This document shows positions 47,003 through 55,938 of a DNA stretch of 63,159 nt, in pieces. The stretch lies in contig CAYLZG010000008.1 in NCBI GenBank assembly GCA_964387985.1, positions 1-63,159 on the forward strand, given 5' to 3'. The first letter of the stretch is position 1. Each line of letters opens with the position of its first letter. A program made the position numbers and the translations under genes. Source of the DNA: an uncultured Anaerolineales bacterium. Its GTDB lineage: Bacteria > Chloroflexota > Anaerolineae > CG2-30-64-16. The notes under the pieces are model-generated. The model saw nothing but the letters and a program-made list of their open reading frames with translations. It did not search any database and was not told the origin of the DNA.

Positions 47003-48367
47003 ATGAGAAGAGAATTCAACTCCTCATTCCTAACGCATATGACGTCGTTTGTTGCGACCGTGCTTGCGGTATTTTGTCTCTTGCTGCTTGCCTGGCACCC
47101 TATCTCTGCTGCTCCTCTCGAGCCTCCGTCTGGGGATCGTTGCAAGTGGTCCGGTGAAACCTACGCTGACTTTTACGTTCCACCGGAGTTAGGCGACGTC
47201 ACAGCGGAGCGCTTAGGGGAGATTGTGCGCGCAGAGCACGTACTAAGCATGACTCGCGAGCAAGTTGCAACCATGGTTGGCTTGTCCTCCAGTCCCTATG
47301 GCGCGGCAATATATCGCATTCTATATGTCAGTCAAGATACCTTGGGCCAGTATCACACCGTGTCGGGTTTGATCGTTGTGCCGGTTGGAATCGTGCCGGC
47401 AGGAGGCTTCCCGATCGTTGCAGCCGGCCATCCGACGAGTGGCTTGGCTGATTCGTGTGCGCCATCGCGCAACTCGTCACCGCCCATCTTGTTGCTGCCC
47501 TGGGTCGCTCAAGGCTACGTTGTGTCTGCTTCAGACTATCAGGGGCTTGGTACACCTGGCCTGCACCCATATGGGGTGGGTGCGGTAGCCGGCCAAAACC
47601 TGCTAGATGCAGCCAGAGCCGCGCTGCGCTTCTGCGACAGCGAGCACGACGTGGCCCAAAGCGCCAGCAACCGGATCATCCTGGAGGGCCACTCCCAGGG
47701 GGGACAGGCGGCTCTCTTCGCCCACCAGATATGGCCCGCACACGCGCCAGAGCTGAATATCCTAGGCACTATCGCCTTCGCTCCGGGTTCAGAAATGCAT
47801 CTCCTGGCCAAGGAAATGGCCGATAGCTACCTTTCAACGCTTGCCGCACCCGTAGCTCTGGCCATGTATGCACAATCAGAGTATTACGGGGCAGCTGCGG
47901 ACCTCGCGTCGTGGATGAAGGAGCCATACGTGTCGGAGTTGCCACTGCGCGTCGAACAGGAGTGCATTGTGCCCCTGGTCGCATGGTTTGGATGGCGACC
48001 CTCGAACGTTTTCCCCAACCTGCTATTACAGTCCGTGGCACAAGACGAATGGGAAAAACTTGAACCGTGGAACACCTATCTGGAAATGAATACACCAGGG
48101 AACTATCATAGCGACGTCCCTGTTCTTGTCATCCACGGCGGTGCGGATACAACGGTGCCTGTGAAGGCGAGCGAGTGGCTGAGTATCCGGTTGTGCCATC
48201 ACGAGACACCCACAAAACTCAGCATCTACCCGGATGGCAGACATAACGCACCCATATATGCCATGCCTGAAGCCCTTCAGTGGGCGGCCGATCGGCTTGC
48301 AGGCAAGCCGCCGGTGGGTAGCTGTATTGTCCCAACGTCGGTGTACCTGCCGCTCGTATCACATTAG
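47003..48367 (+). CDS. secreted lipase/esterase (alpha/beta hydrolase) with YLPLVSH tail
   Basis: GGAAGGA RBS. Signal anchor (VATVLAVFCLLLLAW...ISA). Nucleophile elbow EGHSQGG. The C-terminus is ...PTSVYLPLVSH. Confidence 0.7.
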   Translation: MRREFNSSFLTHMTSFVATVLAVFCLLLLAWHPISAAPLEPPSGDRCKWSGETYADFYVPPELGDVTAERLGEIVRAEHVLSMTREQVATMVGLSSSPYGAAIYRILYVSQDTLGQYHTVSGLIVVPVGIVPAGGFPIVAAGHPTSGLADSCAPSRNSSPPILLLPWVAQGYVVSASDYQGLGTPGLHPYGVGAVAGQNLLDAARAALRFCDSEHDVAQSASNRIILEGHSQGGQAALFAHQIWPAHAPELNILGTIAFAPGSEMHLLAKEMADSYLSTLAAPVALAMYAQSEYYGAAADLASWMKEPYVSELPLRVEQECIVPLVAWFGWRPSNVFPNLLLQSVAQDEWEKLEPWNTYLEMNTPGNYHSDVPVLVIHGGADTTVPVKASEWLSIRLCHHETPTKLSIYPDGRHNAPIYAMPEALQWAADRLAGKPPVGSCIVPTSVYLPLVSH

Positions 48368-48540
48368 CGTGCCGAGTAATCACAGTTGAGGTGTCGATCA
48401 GCGGAGCATTTCGACAGCGAGGTTGCTGCGTGATAACCGGAGCCAGCGAAGTCCAGACGTGCGGTCGAGGCCCCCGAGCTAGGGTAAGAGAACGTGTTTG
48501 CAGCAAGGCAGATTGAGACAATTTCCTGAACAGGTGATTG

Positions 48541-49998
48541 ATGACAACGAATTATCCGAATTACAGTTTGACCGCACCGGCACGACGTCAGGCTTCCACG
48601 ACCACTAAGTTGCTTTACGGCGTCGGTGATATCGCGACTGCCATCAAGTCCGTACTATTCAACCTCTTCACTTTGTTCTTCTATACTTCGGTGATAGGAC
48701 TGCCGGGAGCGTTGGTGGGGATTGCGACCTCGATTGGGCTCATGGCCGATGCATTTCTTGCCCCTTATCTGGGGCACATCTCCGATAACTCCCGGTTACG
48801 CCTGGGACGTCGCCACAGCTTTATGCTTGCTGGCGGACTATGCATGGGTATCAGTCTATGGAGCTTCTTCAGCCCACCTCCGAATCTGTCAGAAGCTGCC
48901 CTTCTTGTCTGGCTGCTCATCACAGGCAGCTTGGTACGCATCACCGCGTCGGTATTCGGCGTACCCTACTTTGCGTTGGGTGCAGAACTCAGTCAAGACT
49001 ATGAGGGTCGCACACAGGTTACAGCCATACGCGGCGGCCTCGCACTGCTTGGAACGCTACTGACCGCTGGGTTGTCGTTCGTTTTGTTCTTTCCGAGCAC
49101 TGGTTCTGGCCTCGATCCAAAGCTCAACCCCAGCGCCTACTCGGACATGGGGCTGGCTGCAGGAGTCGCTGTTACAGCCGTCGCGCTGATTGCGTACGTC
49201 GCTACTCTGCCCTGGCGGTCGGCAGCTAGCCCCAGAAATGACGCCCGAACGATGCCGATGGGTTTTCTGACCAGCTTTCGACAGATCCTGCGCTTGGGCG
49301 CCTTCCGACCCATATTCCTGTCAGCCTCGCTGTTCTTCTTCGCCGTGGTTGTAAACGGGGTGTTGATGATTCATTTCGTCACCTACTACGCCGGAGTCAC
49401 GGACAGCCGCGCACTGAGCAGCCTGCAGGTGGCGCTCTACCTGGGTAGCCTGGCAGGGGTTCTAAGCTGGTTCATACTCAACAAAAGGTTCTCGATCGAA
49501 AAACAGCGGCTCTATGTTGCTTCGGCGATTCTCACCGGTCTACTTATGCTTGGCGCCAGTGTGCTTCTCGGCGAAGGGAATATGCTGGGTACCGGTAATG
49601 TAACCGCGCTCACGGTCGGGCATAGTCTGGCAGGGCTTGTGAGCAGCGTACTCTGGTTCATCCCAACGTCCATGGTCGCTGACACGATAGACCAGGATGA
49701 ACTAATGACCGGTCAGCGCCGAGAAGGCGTGTTCTTCGGGCTCTTCTTCTTCGGACAAAAGCTCGCCACCGCACTCGCCGCGCTAACGGCTGGCTTCCTG
49801 CTTGACTGGTTCGCTGGACTTGTGCCGGGCACCGTGCAGCAACCAGCGCTCACAATCCAGCGTATCGGGTTGATCTACAGCCTCCTGCCCGCGCTTGCGT
49901 TGTTTGCTGCTGCCGCCTTAATGATGCGCTATCCGCTCAACCGGGGCCTGGTGGCAGCAATCCGAGCAGAACTGGATGGCCGGTTTGCAACGCAGTGA
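48541..49998 (+). CDS. MFS transporter, glycoside-pentoside-hexuronide (GPH)-like
   Basis: The ATG at 48541 follows AGGTGA. About 12 hydrophobic segments. The loop 2-3 motif is GHISDNSRLRLGRRHSF. It resembles MelB/LplT-type carriers. Confidence 0.8.
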   Translation: MTTNYPNYSLTAPARRQASTTTKLLYGVGDIATAIKSVLFNLFTLFFYTSVIGLPGALVGIATSIGLMADAFLAPYLGHISDNSRLRLGRRHSFMLAGGLCMGISLWSFFSPPPNLSEAALLVWLLITGSLVRITASVFGVPYFALGAELSQDYEGRTQVTAIRGGLALLGTLLTAGLSFVLFFPSTGSGLDPKLNPSAYSDMGLAAGVAVTAVALIAYVATLPWRSAASPRNDARTMPMGFLTSFRQILRLGAFRPIFLSASLFFFAVVVNGVLMIHFVTYYAGVTDSRALSSLQVALYLGSLAGVLSWFILNKRFSIEKQRLYVASAILTGLLMLGASVLLGEGNMLGTGNVTALTVGHSLAGLVSSVLWFIPTSMVADTIDQDELMTGQRREGVFFGLFFFGQKLATALAALTAGFLLDWFAGLVPGTVQQPALTIQRIGLIYSLLPALALFAAAALMMRYPLNRGLVAAIRAELDGRFATQ

Positions 49999-50103
49999 CC
50001 CGCATCTGCGCCACCACGGTCTTCGACCTGTCACAGCGCATCGAGTCGACACAATCTGGGCTTTTCTGCTGCGGAACGGCAGAAATCCTAATTGGAGGCA
50101 AAC

Positions 50104-51348
50104 ATGAAGCATAGAGCTCTCTACCATCGATTGGTCCTCGTGACCGTTGTCTTGGCGTTATTGTTGGCGTCGAACGCCGCAGCCAGCGTGTCTGGCTTGA
50201 GTACTATCGTCAGGACCCAGGAGCCCGTGGTGATCCTGGGCAGCGAGTTGCCCGCGTTCCTGGGTGTCCCGGTGACGCAATTGCACGTTTACGCTTTCGA
50301 TGCAAACCAATGGGTGCGGCTCCCCGCCCAGGTAGATGAGATCGATCTGGGGGACAAGTATGTGGAATTAGAAGACGGCTTACTCGATGCCAATGACCAG
50401 ATCGTTTTCATGGCGAGGGACCTCGGTGAGTTATCGGGAGGACGCGCGCCGGCAATCGGCGACGGGAGCCTTGCGCTCTCTTGGTACGAGGCCAAAGTCA
50501 GCGATCCAACACATTCCGGAGCTCAGGGCTGGGCCTACGTTGTGCGAACTGGCTCTGCGCCTCCAGGGGGCACTCCGGACTACGTAAGCTGGAATGCGGC
50601 AGAGCACCGGATCATGGGGAGCAACTACACGCTGGGCTTTGAAAGTCCGCGGCCATGGCTAGACTACCTCGCTCTTGGCTCGAGTGGCGTCGACATCCTT
50701 GACCGCGCACCTAAATACCGTTTCTGTCGGGCGTTGCTCTGTTTGAATGAGAACCTGGCCCCGGATACGCCGGACGGACTGGTCAAAGATGGACCGGTGC
50801 GCGTCATCCTGCGCGAGGGGCGCATCATAGCTTATGGATGGATGGCGTCTTCTGAGATCCCGCTCACGATTCCGTCCGTCGTCGCGCCTGACTGGCTGCG
50901 CTTCTCTGTTGATCTCAACTCTGCCGCGACAGGAGCCCTCTATTATAACCAGGCTGTGCCGGGTGGCGTCTTAGTCGACGGTTCGCCGGATGCTGTACCC
51001 GAATTGCCTTTGAGCACCTGGAATCAGATCAGCCATAGCACGGGAACGTTTGTGCATGTGTTTGACGTTAGCGAGTTAGGCGGCGCCCCGATCAACTACT
51101 ATCTTGACAGTTCTGCCATCGACAACCAAGATTCCGGTGACAAGATGCACTTCGGTGATTCGGGGGTCCGGGTGGATATGCCGAACCTGAGCTTTACATT
51201 CCGAACCGTGTTCTACTTCCTGAACGGTCCGCAGCCCAATGTGGGTGCAGACTATGCCAGCTATTACAACCAGCCGCTCCAGGTCGACACGCAGTGGCAA
51301 CAGCTGATTCTGCCACCGCGTCAGTATTTGCCACTGGTGCTGCAGTGA
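50104..51348 (+). CDS. secreted hypothetical protein with YLPLVLQ tail
   Basis: The ATG at 50104 lies 5 nt after GGAGG. It has a signal peptide (LVLVTVVLALLLASNAAASV). I see no recognisable catalytic motif. The C-terminus is ...LPPRQYLPLVLQ. Confidence 0.55.
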   Translation: MKHRALYHRLVLVTVVLALLLASNAAASVSGLSTIVRTQEPVVILGSELPAFLGVPVTQLHVYAFDANQWVRLPAQVDEIDLGDKYVELEDGLLDANDQIVFMARDLGELSGGRAPAIGDGSLALSWYEAKVSDPTHSGAQGWAYVVRTGSAPPGGTPDYVSWNAAEHRIMGSNYTLGFESPRPWLDYLALGSSGVDILDRAPKYRFCRALLCLNENLAPDTPDGLVKDGPVRVILREGRIIAYGWMASSEIPLTIPSVVAPDWLRFSVDLNSAATGALYYNQAVPGGVLVDGSPDAVPELPLSTWNQISHSTGTFVHVFDVSELGGAPINYYLDSSAIDNQDSGDKMHFGDSGVRVDMPNLSFTFRTVFYFLNGPQPNVGADYASYYNQPLQVDTQWQQLILPPRQYLPLVLQ

Positions 51349-51474
51349 CTTCGTCACAGTTTGGCTTACTCTCCAGGCCAGTTCCTGTATGGCATGTGAG
51401 ACCAACTGGATCTGCAACTTCCATGGAGCATTGATGGCGCCAGGCGTTCAGGATAGCAACGACGGATCAATACT

Positions 51475-52611
51475 ATGGTGAAGCGACTCATTGCGATCAT
51501 GCAAAAGGAACTCGCGCAGGTGCTGCGGGACAGGCGCACGCTGTTAATCCAGCTCATGTTGCCGGTTCTCATGCTTTTCCTGTTCGGCTACGCGGTCGAG
51601 GTTCAGGTTGACCACCAGTCCCTTGTGGTGGTCGACCTGAGCAAGGACCGCCGGTCGGCAGCCTATCTGAATGCGATGGTGAACAGTGGCTACTTCGATG
51701 TTACCGCCTATGCCGACAGCGAAGCTGAAGCTCGCAAGCTGATCGATAATGGACAGGCTCGGGCAGGAGTTATAATTCCCCCCGGTTTCAGCACAGCCAT
51801 CGAGCGTAACCTTGGAGCACAGGTGCTCGTAATGATAGATGGATCCGACCTACTCGCCAGTCAATCGGCCCTCAATGCTGCCTTGGCCACGGGGCAAAAC
51901 TTTGCAGCCAGTGTCGCGCTGGAGCGGATTGCGCGTACCCCCCAGGGATCCCGGATGGAACAAACTTCGCCCGTTGACGTGAGATTTAGGATCCTATACA
52001 ACCCCGCATTGAGCAGCATTGTCTTCATGATACCGGGAGTGGTAGGTCTCATCCTCCAGCAGCAAACACTGTTATTGACAGCCTATGCCGTGGTACGAGA
52101 GCGCGAAGCTGGAACGATAGAGCAACTACTGGTTACGCCGATCCGCTCATGGGAGTTGATGCTGGGCAAGATGCTGCCGAGCGTACTTATCACGCTGGTC
52201 AACGTCGTAACAATCCTTGCCATCGGCATGTTCTGGTTCAAGGTCCCTTTCGTCGGCGACCTCCGCCTGTTTTTCGCCTTGAGCTTCCTCTTTATTTTCG
52301 CGTCCCTTGGCTTGGGACTGCTGGTGTCAACTGTTGCCACAACACAGAGACAGGCTCAGCAACTGGCCAACGTGATTATCTTGCCCGCCTTCATGCTTTC
52401 TGGCTACATCTTTCCCCGCGAGGCGATGCCGCCGGCGATACGGACGCTGGGCAGCCTAATTCCACTGACATATTACCTGCCGATCAGCCGCGGGATCATG
52501 ATCAAGGGCGTCGGCTTCAACTCAGTGCGAGATGACGCTCTCGTCTTGTTGATCTTTGGGCTGGTCGTCTTCGCCCTGAGCGCGCGTTCTTTTCGGACGC
52601 GATTGGATTAG
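51475..52611 (+). CDS. ABC-2-type exporter permease (YbhS/YbhR-like)
   Basis: N-terminal KELAQVLRDRRTLLIQLMLPVLMLFLFGYA, a large extracytoplasmic loop, then 5 further TM segments. This is the typical ABC-2 architecture. Confidence 0.85.
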   Translation: MVKRLIAIMQKELAQVLRDRRTLLIQLMLPVLMLFLFGYAVEVQVDHQSLVVVDLSKDRRSAAYLNAMVNSGYFDVTAYADSEAEARKLIDNGQARAGVIIPPGFSTAIERNLGAQVLVMIDGSDLLASQSALNAALATGQNFAASVALERIARTPQGSRMEQTSPVDVRFRILYNPALSSIVFMIPGVVGLILQQQTLLLTAYAVVREREAGTIEQLLVTPIRSWELMLGKMLPSVLITLVNVVTILAIGMFWFKVPFVGDLRLFFALSFLFIFASLGLGLLVSTVATTQRQAQQLANVIILPAFMLSGYIFPREAMPPAIRTLGSLIPLTYYLPISRGIMIKGVGFNSVRDDALVLLIFGLVVFALSARSFRTRLD

Positions 52612-52614
52612 GTC

Positions 52615-53622
52615 ATGGCCGAGCAGTTCGCGATTTCTGTTGATGGATTGACAAAGGTCTTTCGGAGCAGGCAACGCGGCCGCGTTGCCGCAGTGGATCA
52701 CCTGGATCTGAAGATCTCAATGGGCGAACTCTATGGCCTAATCGGTCCTGATGGCGCAGGTAAGTCCACCACCGTCCGCTTATTGGTCGGCCTCTTGAAA
52801 CCAACCAGTGGATCAATCCGCCTACTGGGCACGGAGACGCGCTCTCAGTATCAACTGCGTCGACTGAAATCCCAGATTGGCTACATGTCACAACGCGCAA
52901 ACCTGTACGGTGACCTTACCGTCATCGAAAATCTGCGGCTCTTCGCTCGGCTGCAGGCCGTCGGAGCGAGGATGCAGGAGTTGCGGGCTGCCACCTTATT
53001 GGATCTGGCTGGCCTGCAGGGTGTCGAGGATCGGCTGGGTCGTCAGCTTTCCGGCGGCATGCGGCAGAAGCTGGCCTTGGCCTGTGTATTGATCCATTCT
53101 CCCCAGATTCTGTTCCTTGATGAGCCTACACTCGGTGTGGATCCCTTGAGCCGGCGCGAGTTCTGGCACCTGCTGACTAAGCTACGTTCGGACCAAGGGA
53201 CAACCATATTCGTGTGCACACCGTACATGGACGAAGCCGAACAATGCCAGCGTGTGGGGTTGCTCTATCATGGTACACTACTTGCGGAGGGAACTTCGAA
53301 GGAGATCCGACAGCGCCTTGCCGGCCAGCTCCTTGACGGCAGGCCCAGCAACCTGCGTGCGGCCAAAAATCTGGTAGCGTCGCTGCCGGGTGTCCTCGAG
53401 GTCCAAACCTTTGGCGACCGGCTTCGGGTCTTTGTGGACGATTCTAACCTGCGGGCCCCCGAACTGGCGACCGAGTTGGTGCGTCAGGGAATAGCTATGC
53501 AAGATCTCAGGCAGGTGCAACCCAGGCTCGAAGAGGCATTCATCTCGCTGGTGAAGGGGCAAACCTCCGCACAATCCGCTGCGGGCCAGCAATCCCCTGA
53601 ACGGCAGACGCAGTATCGGTAG
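52615..53622 (+). CDS. ABC transporter ATP-binding protein
   Basis: Walker A GPDGAGKST, signature LSGGMRQKLAL and Walker B ILFLDEPT. Confidence 0.9.
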   Translation: MAEQFAISVDGLTKVFRSRQRGRVAAVDHLDLKISMGELYGLIGPDGAGKSTTVRLLVGLLKPTSGSIRLLGTETRSQYQLRRLKSQIGYMSQRANLYGDLTVIENLRLFARLQAVGARMQELRAATLLDLAGLQGVEDRLGRQLSGGMRQKLALACVLIHSPQILFLDEPTLGVDPLSRREFWHLLTKLRSDQGTTIFVCTPYMDEAEQCQRVGLLYHGTLLAEGTSKEIRQRLAGQLLDGRPSNLRAAKNLVASLPGVLEVQTFGDRLRVFVDDSNLRAPELATELVRQGIAMQDLRQVQPRLEEAFISLVKGQTSAQSAAGQQSPERQTQYR

Positions 53623-53629
53623 TTGGCCC

Positions 53630-54601
53630 ATGGATGAAACTGCAATAGCTGTTGTGAACTTAACTAAGGTCTTTGGCGGAGACCGCCGAAGGCCGGCGTT
53701 CAGGGCTGTCGATGGTGTCAGCTTTACGGTGCCCAGAGGCGAGGTTTTCGGCTGCCTTGGCCCCAACGGCGCGGGCAAGACAACGACAATTCGAATACTG
53801 CTGGGATTGATGCGACCAACCGGGGGCACGGTGCGAGTGTTAGGGCTGGTGTTGCCTGAGGCGGCGAAAAATCTTCATGCGCGGATCGGCTACATGTCGC
53901 AGCAATTCACACTCTACGATGAACTGACGACAGCTGAGAACCTTCGCTTCTATGGACGGGCCTATGGCCTCTCGGGAAAGCAGTTGCGCTCTCGCTTTGC
54001 AAGAATGATCGAGTTGGCACGTTTGGCAGGCCTGGAGCATGAACTGGCTAAGGACTTACCTGGAGGCTGGCGTCAACGACTTGCGCTCATGTGCGCCATT
54101 GTCCATGATCCGGAGTTGGTCTTTCTAGACGAGCCTACGGCGGGGGTAGACCCGTTGGCGCGGCGCGAGTTATGGGAGCTGATCTACGATCTCGCTGACC
54201 AAGGCAAGACGATTTTCGTTACGACTCACTACATGGATGAAGCCGAGTTGTGTCAACGCTTATCCTTCATGGCCAATGGAAAGATCGCAGCCATTGGCAC
54301 TCCGGAGGAGCTGAAGCGCACTCATGTGCGTGGCGATATTGTCGAAATTGCCTGCGATCAGCCTGAGCAGGCGGTGGCGGTGCTTTCCCGTGCGCGCGCA
54401 GGCCGTGCACTTCAAATCAACTCACTTAGCCAATGTGGTTCCACCGTGCGCCTCGCAGTGCCCGATGCACGTGCAGTGCAAGGCATCATCAGGGAGCATC
54501 TGGCCGCGGCCGGTGTTCAACTCTCGGCAGTAGAGGCCGGCGCAGTCACTATCGAGGATGTGTTCATCTCAGTGACTCAAGCGGCCGGGGATGAGGGGTA
54601 A
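53630..54601 (+). CDS. ABC transporter ATP-binding protein (second copy)
   Basis: Walker A GPNGAGKTT, signature LPGGWRQRLAL and Walker B LVFLDEPT. Confidence 0.9.
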   Translation: MDETAIAVVNLTKVFGGDRRRPAFRAVDGVSFTVPRGEVFGCLGPNGAGKTTTIRILLGLMRPTGGTVRVLGLVLPEAAKNLHARIGYMSQQFTLYDELTTAENLRFYGRAYGLSGKQLRSRFARMIELARLAGLEHELAKDLPGGWRQRLALMCAIVHDPELVFLDEPTAGVDPLARRELWELIYDLADQGKTIFVTTHYMDEAELCQRLSFMANGKIAAIGTPEELKRTHVRGDIVEIACDQPEQAVAVLSRARAGRALQINSLSQCGSTVRLAVPDARAVQGIIREHLAAAGVQLSAVEAGAVTIEDVFISVTQAAGDEG

Positions 54602-54604
54602 TCT

Positions 54605-55921
54605 ATGACGCTCTGTTTCCGACCGGAAATCGCCTTGCTGGCATCGGTCTTCATGCTGGCCAGTTGCCAACCGGCAGCGATCGTGTCAAGTCGAGACGCG
54701 AAGACTGAGGTGCGGGCGTATGGTGTGTTCCGCGCCGATGAGATTCTGGTCAGCTCCCAAACTGCGGGGACGATCGAGTGGCTTGGAGCCAATGAAGGCA
54801 GCACAGTGTCCCAGGGCGATGTATTGGCACGTCTAGAAACAAACCTGGTTGATGCGCAGATTGCGCAGGCTATGGCCGCTCTGGAAACAGCCAAGGCTCA
54901 ACTGGCAGGAGTAAAGGAAGGTGCTCGACCGGAAGAGATCGCCGTGGCCGACTCAGCGGTCAGGCGCGCTGAGGAAGAGGTCGCCGCCTCTGAAAAGTCC
55001 GTTGAGCTTGCCAGAGGATCTGTTGCGGGTGCCGAGGCTAAGCTCCAGGTGGCGCTGGCGGAACAGAACAGAATCAACGCAGGTGCTAGCCCGCAAGATA
55101 TCATCAGTGCACAAGAACGTGCCAAGACGGCCCAAGACCGGCTGGCTCCACTCGGGCGAATGCGAGAGAATGTGGGAGGAGGGGAACAGGGTGGGATCTT
55201 GCCTCCTGGCAGTCACGACGCGGCTCAAGCAACCCTTGCCCAGGCCGAACTCAGTGCAACGATCGCCGGGCTTCAGGTGGAGAATCTGCAGGCAGGGCCT
55301 CATCTTCAGGACCTTGAGGCCGCCCGCGCGACAGTAGATGCGGCACGGGCTGGGCTCAACGCCACCCAACTGAAAGTCACAGAAGCTGAAGCACGCCTGG
55401 AGGCCGCACGGGCTCGCTTACGGCAGGCGCGGGCGCAAGCCGACCTACTGAGGGAGGGGGCCAGTCCTGAACAAGTAGCCGTGGCTGAAGCACCTGTGCG
55501 CATCGCGATGGCCTCGTTGCGGGTCCTGGAGGTCCGTCGTGCACAGGCGACACTAACGGCCCCGCGCGCTGGCCTGATCCTGGAACGGAACGTCGACGTT
55601 GGTGAGGAGGTCCTGGTGGGAACGGTTTTGTATCACCTGAGTGACTTGAAGACCTTGGAACTCACGGTCTATGTTGCCGGCGGCGATATCAGCCGAATTC
55701 GCGCCGGCCAAGGCGTCAGGATCACGACAGGATCGCTCCCGGGGAGAAGGTTTGACGGCGAAGTTAACCACGTCTCACCGCAGGCAGAGTTTACCCCTAA
55801 TGCGCTGAATGGCTCTGGCGCCGAGACCAGCGAGGTATTCGCGGTAACGATTCGAGTCGCCAATCCGGACGGTGTGCTCCGGCCCGGCATGCCCAGCGAG
55901 GCAGAATTCACCGGGCTGTGA
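54605..55921 (+). CDS. HlyD-family periplasmic adaptor (lipobox-like N-terminus)
   Basis: N-terminal MLASC. A barrel-sandwich lipoyl half (GDVLARLE), a long Ala/Glu/Arg coiled coil, and a C-terminal beta-barrel (FDGEVNHVSPQAEFTPN...VFAVTIRVANPDGVLRPGM). Confidence 0.8.
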   Translation: MTLCFRPEIALLASVFMLASCQPAAIVSSRDAKTEVRAYGVFRADEILVSSQTAGTIEWLGANEGSTVSQGDVLARLETNLVDAQIAQAMAALETAKAQLAGVKEGARPEEIAVADSAVRRAEEEVAASEKSVELARGSVAGAEAKLQVALAEQNRINAGASPQDIISAQERAKTAQDRLAPLGRMRENVGGGEQGGILPPGSHDAAQATLAQAELSATIAGLQVENLQAGPHLQDLEAARATVDAARAGLNATQLKVTEAEARLEAARARLRQARAQADLLREGASPEQVAVAEAPVRIAMASLRVLEVRRAQATLTAPRAGLILERNVDVGEEVLVGTVLYHLSDLKTLELTVYVAGGDISRIRAGQGVRITTGSLPGRRFDGEVNHVSPQAEFTPNALNGSGAETSEVFAVTIRVANPDGVLRPGMPSEAEFTGL

Positions 55922-55938
55922 GGTGGCCGGAGAAAGCG

